In this document: positions 63,558 to 64,000 of the stretch, piece by piece
Numbering within the stretch: position 1 is the first letter of the stretch
Layout: each line of letters opens with the position of its first letter
Assembly (NCBI RefSeq): GCF_023055435.1
Contig: NW_025963846.1
Span: forward strand, 14,880,001 to 14,944,000
Reading direction: 5' to 3'
Length of the DNA: 64,000 nucleotides
DNA from: Haliotis rufescens
Lineage: Eukaryota
Notes under the pieces: generated by a model
Seen by the model: the letters and a program-made list of their open reading frames with translations, nothing else
What the model was told of the DNA's origin: nothing
Database searches by the model: none
Program-made: the position numbers and the translations under genes

Positions 63558-63597
63558 CACCTGATGAAGGAGTAAGCATATACTCCGAAACATTGTG
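63558..63597 (+). ncRNA. Minimal type I hammerhead ribozyme motif, Penelope-like LTR remnant
   Basis: CAC-CUGAUGA-A-GGAGUA(AGCAUA)UACUCC-GAAA-CA-UU-GUG: core, 6-bp stem II and 3-bp stem I. Stem III is ACAU rather than palindromic ACGU. Confidence 0.72.
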
Positions 63598-64000
63598 TTT
63601 CGTCATAATACAGATGTTGACATCCATAAATTCTCTTCCTTAAATATTGATCAATGACGATAAATATTGGAGAAGTTTGAGCAAAAAAGCCGTAAAGAAA
63701 TCAACATATTCACCCTCTGGTGAGTGGTGGCACATTTATGCATGGATTATGCTTTCGTTTTCGGCAATTGACATGATTGACAATAACAAGTCTGTTTTGG
63801 TAAATCTAAACTTTACTTCATCACAATAGCTTATGTAAGAAATTATCGATCACACAATTTTTATATCGATAACCGTTAATATTTCTTCCCATCAACGATT
63901 ATTCAGATAATCGATCTTTTTAACCAGCCCTAATAATACACCTTTAGAACATATTGTGGAATAACATCAGACGTGGATGGGACTATTTGGGGCGTCAGCT

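Overview
Eukaryotic, repeat-rich scaffold with four N gaps, from a gastropod mollusc. It is most likely an abalone (Haliotis), judged from my recollection of abalone tropomyosin. Genes I can support: (1) three intact, intronless, divergent 284-aa tropomyosin genes (37636..38490 +, 44561..45415 -, 52400..53254 -), each with a TATA/initiator and a poly(A) signal, and related as a mosaic (CDS A~B, 3'UTR A~C, promoter B~C); (2) two tandem paralogs of a putative secreted PAN/apple-domain gene on the minus strand (exon 1 at 2067..2381 and 26142..26456, plus an EGF-like exon 2 at 21531..21615), each with a related intronic minisatellite; (3) the 5' coding exons of IMMP2L (59534..62039 +). The rest is mostly mobile DNA: decayed RTE-X-like LINEs, Tc1/mariner remnants, several MITE/foldback elements, Penelope-like fragments (one with a minimal hammerhead core), three tRNA-headed SINE families, and a fourth retroposon family with no tRNA head that starts with a covarying pseudoknotted RNA motif. 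The best leads are the tropomyosin retrogene-like cluster with apparent gene conversion, the candidate structured or catalytic RNA at retroposon 5' ends, and strand-asymmetric hairpins built on CGAG/CGAG tandem mismatches. All family assignments are by eye and from memory; no searches were run.
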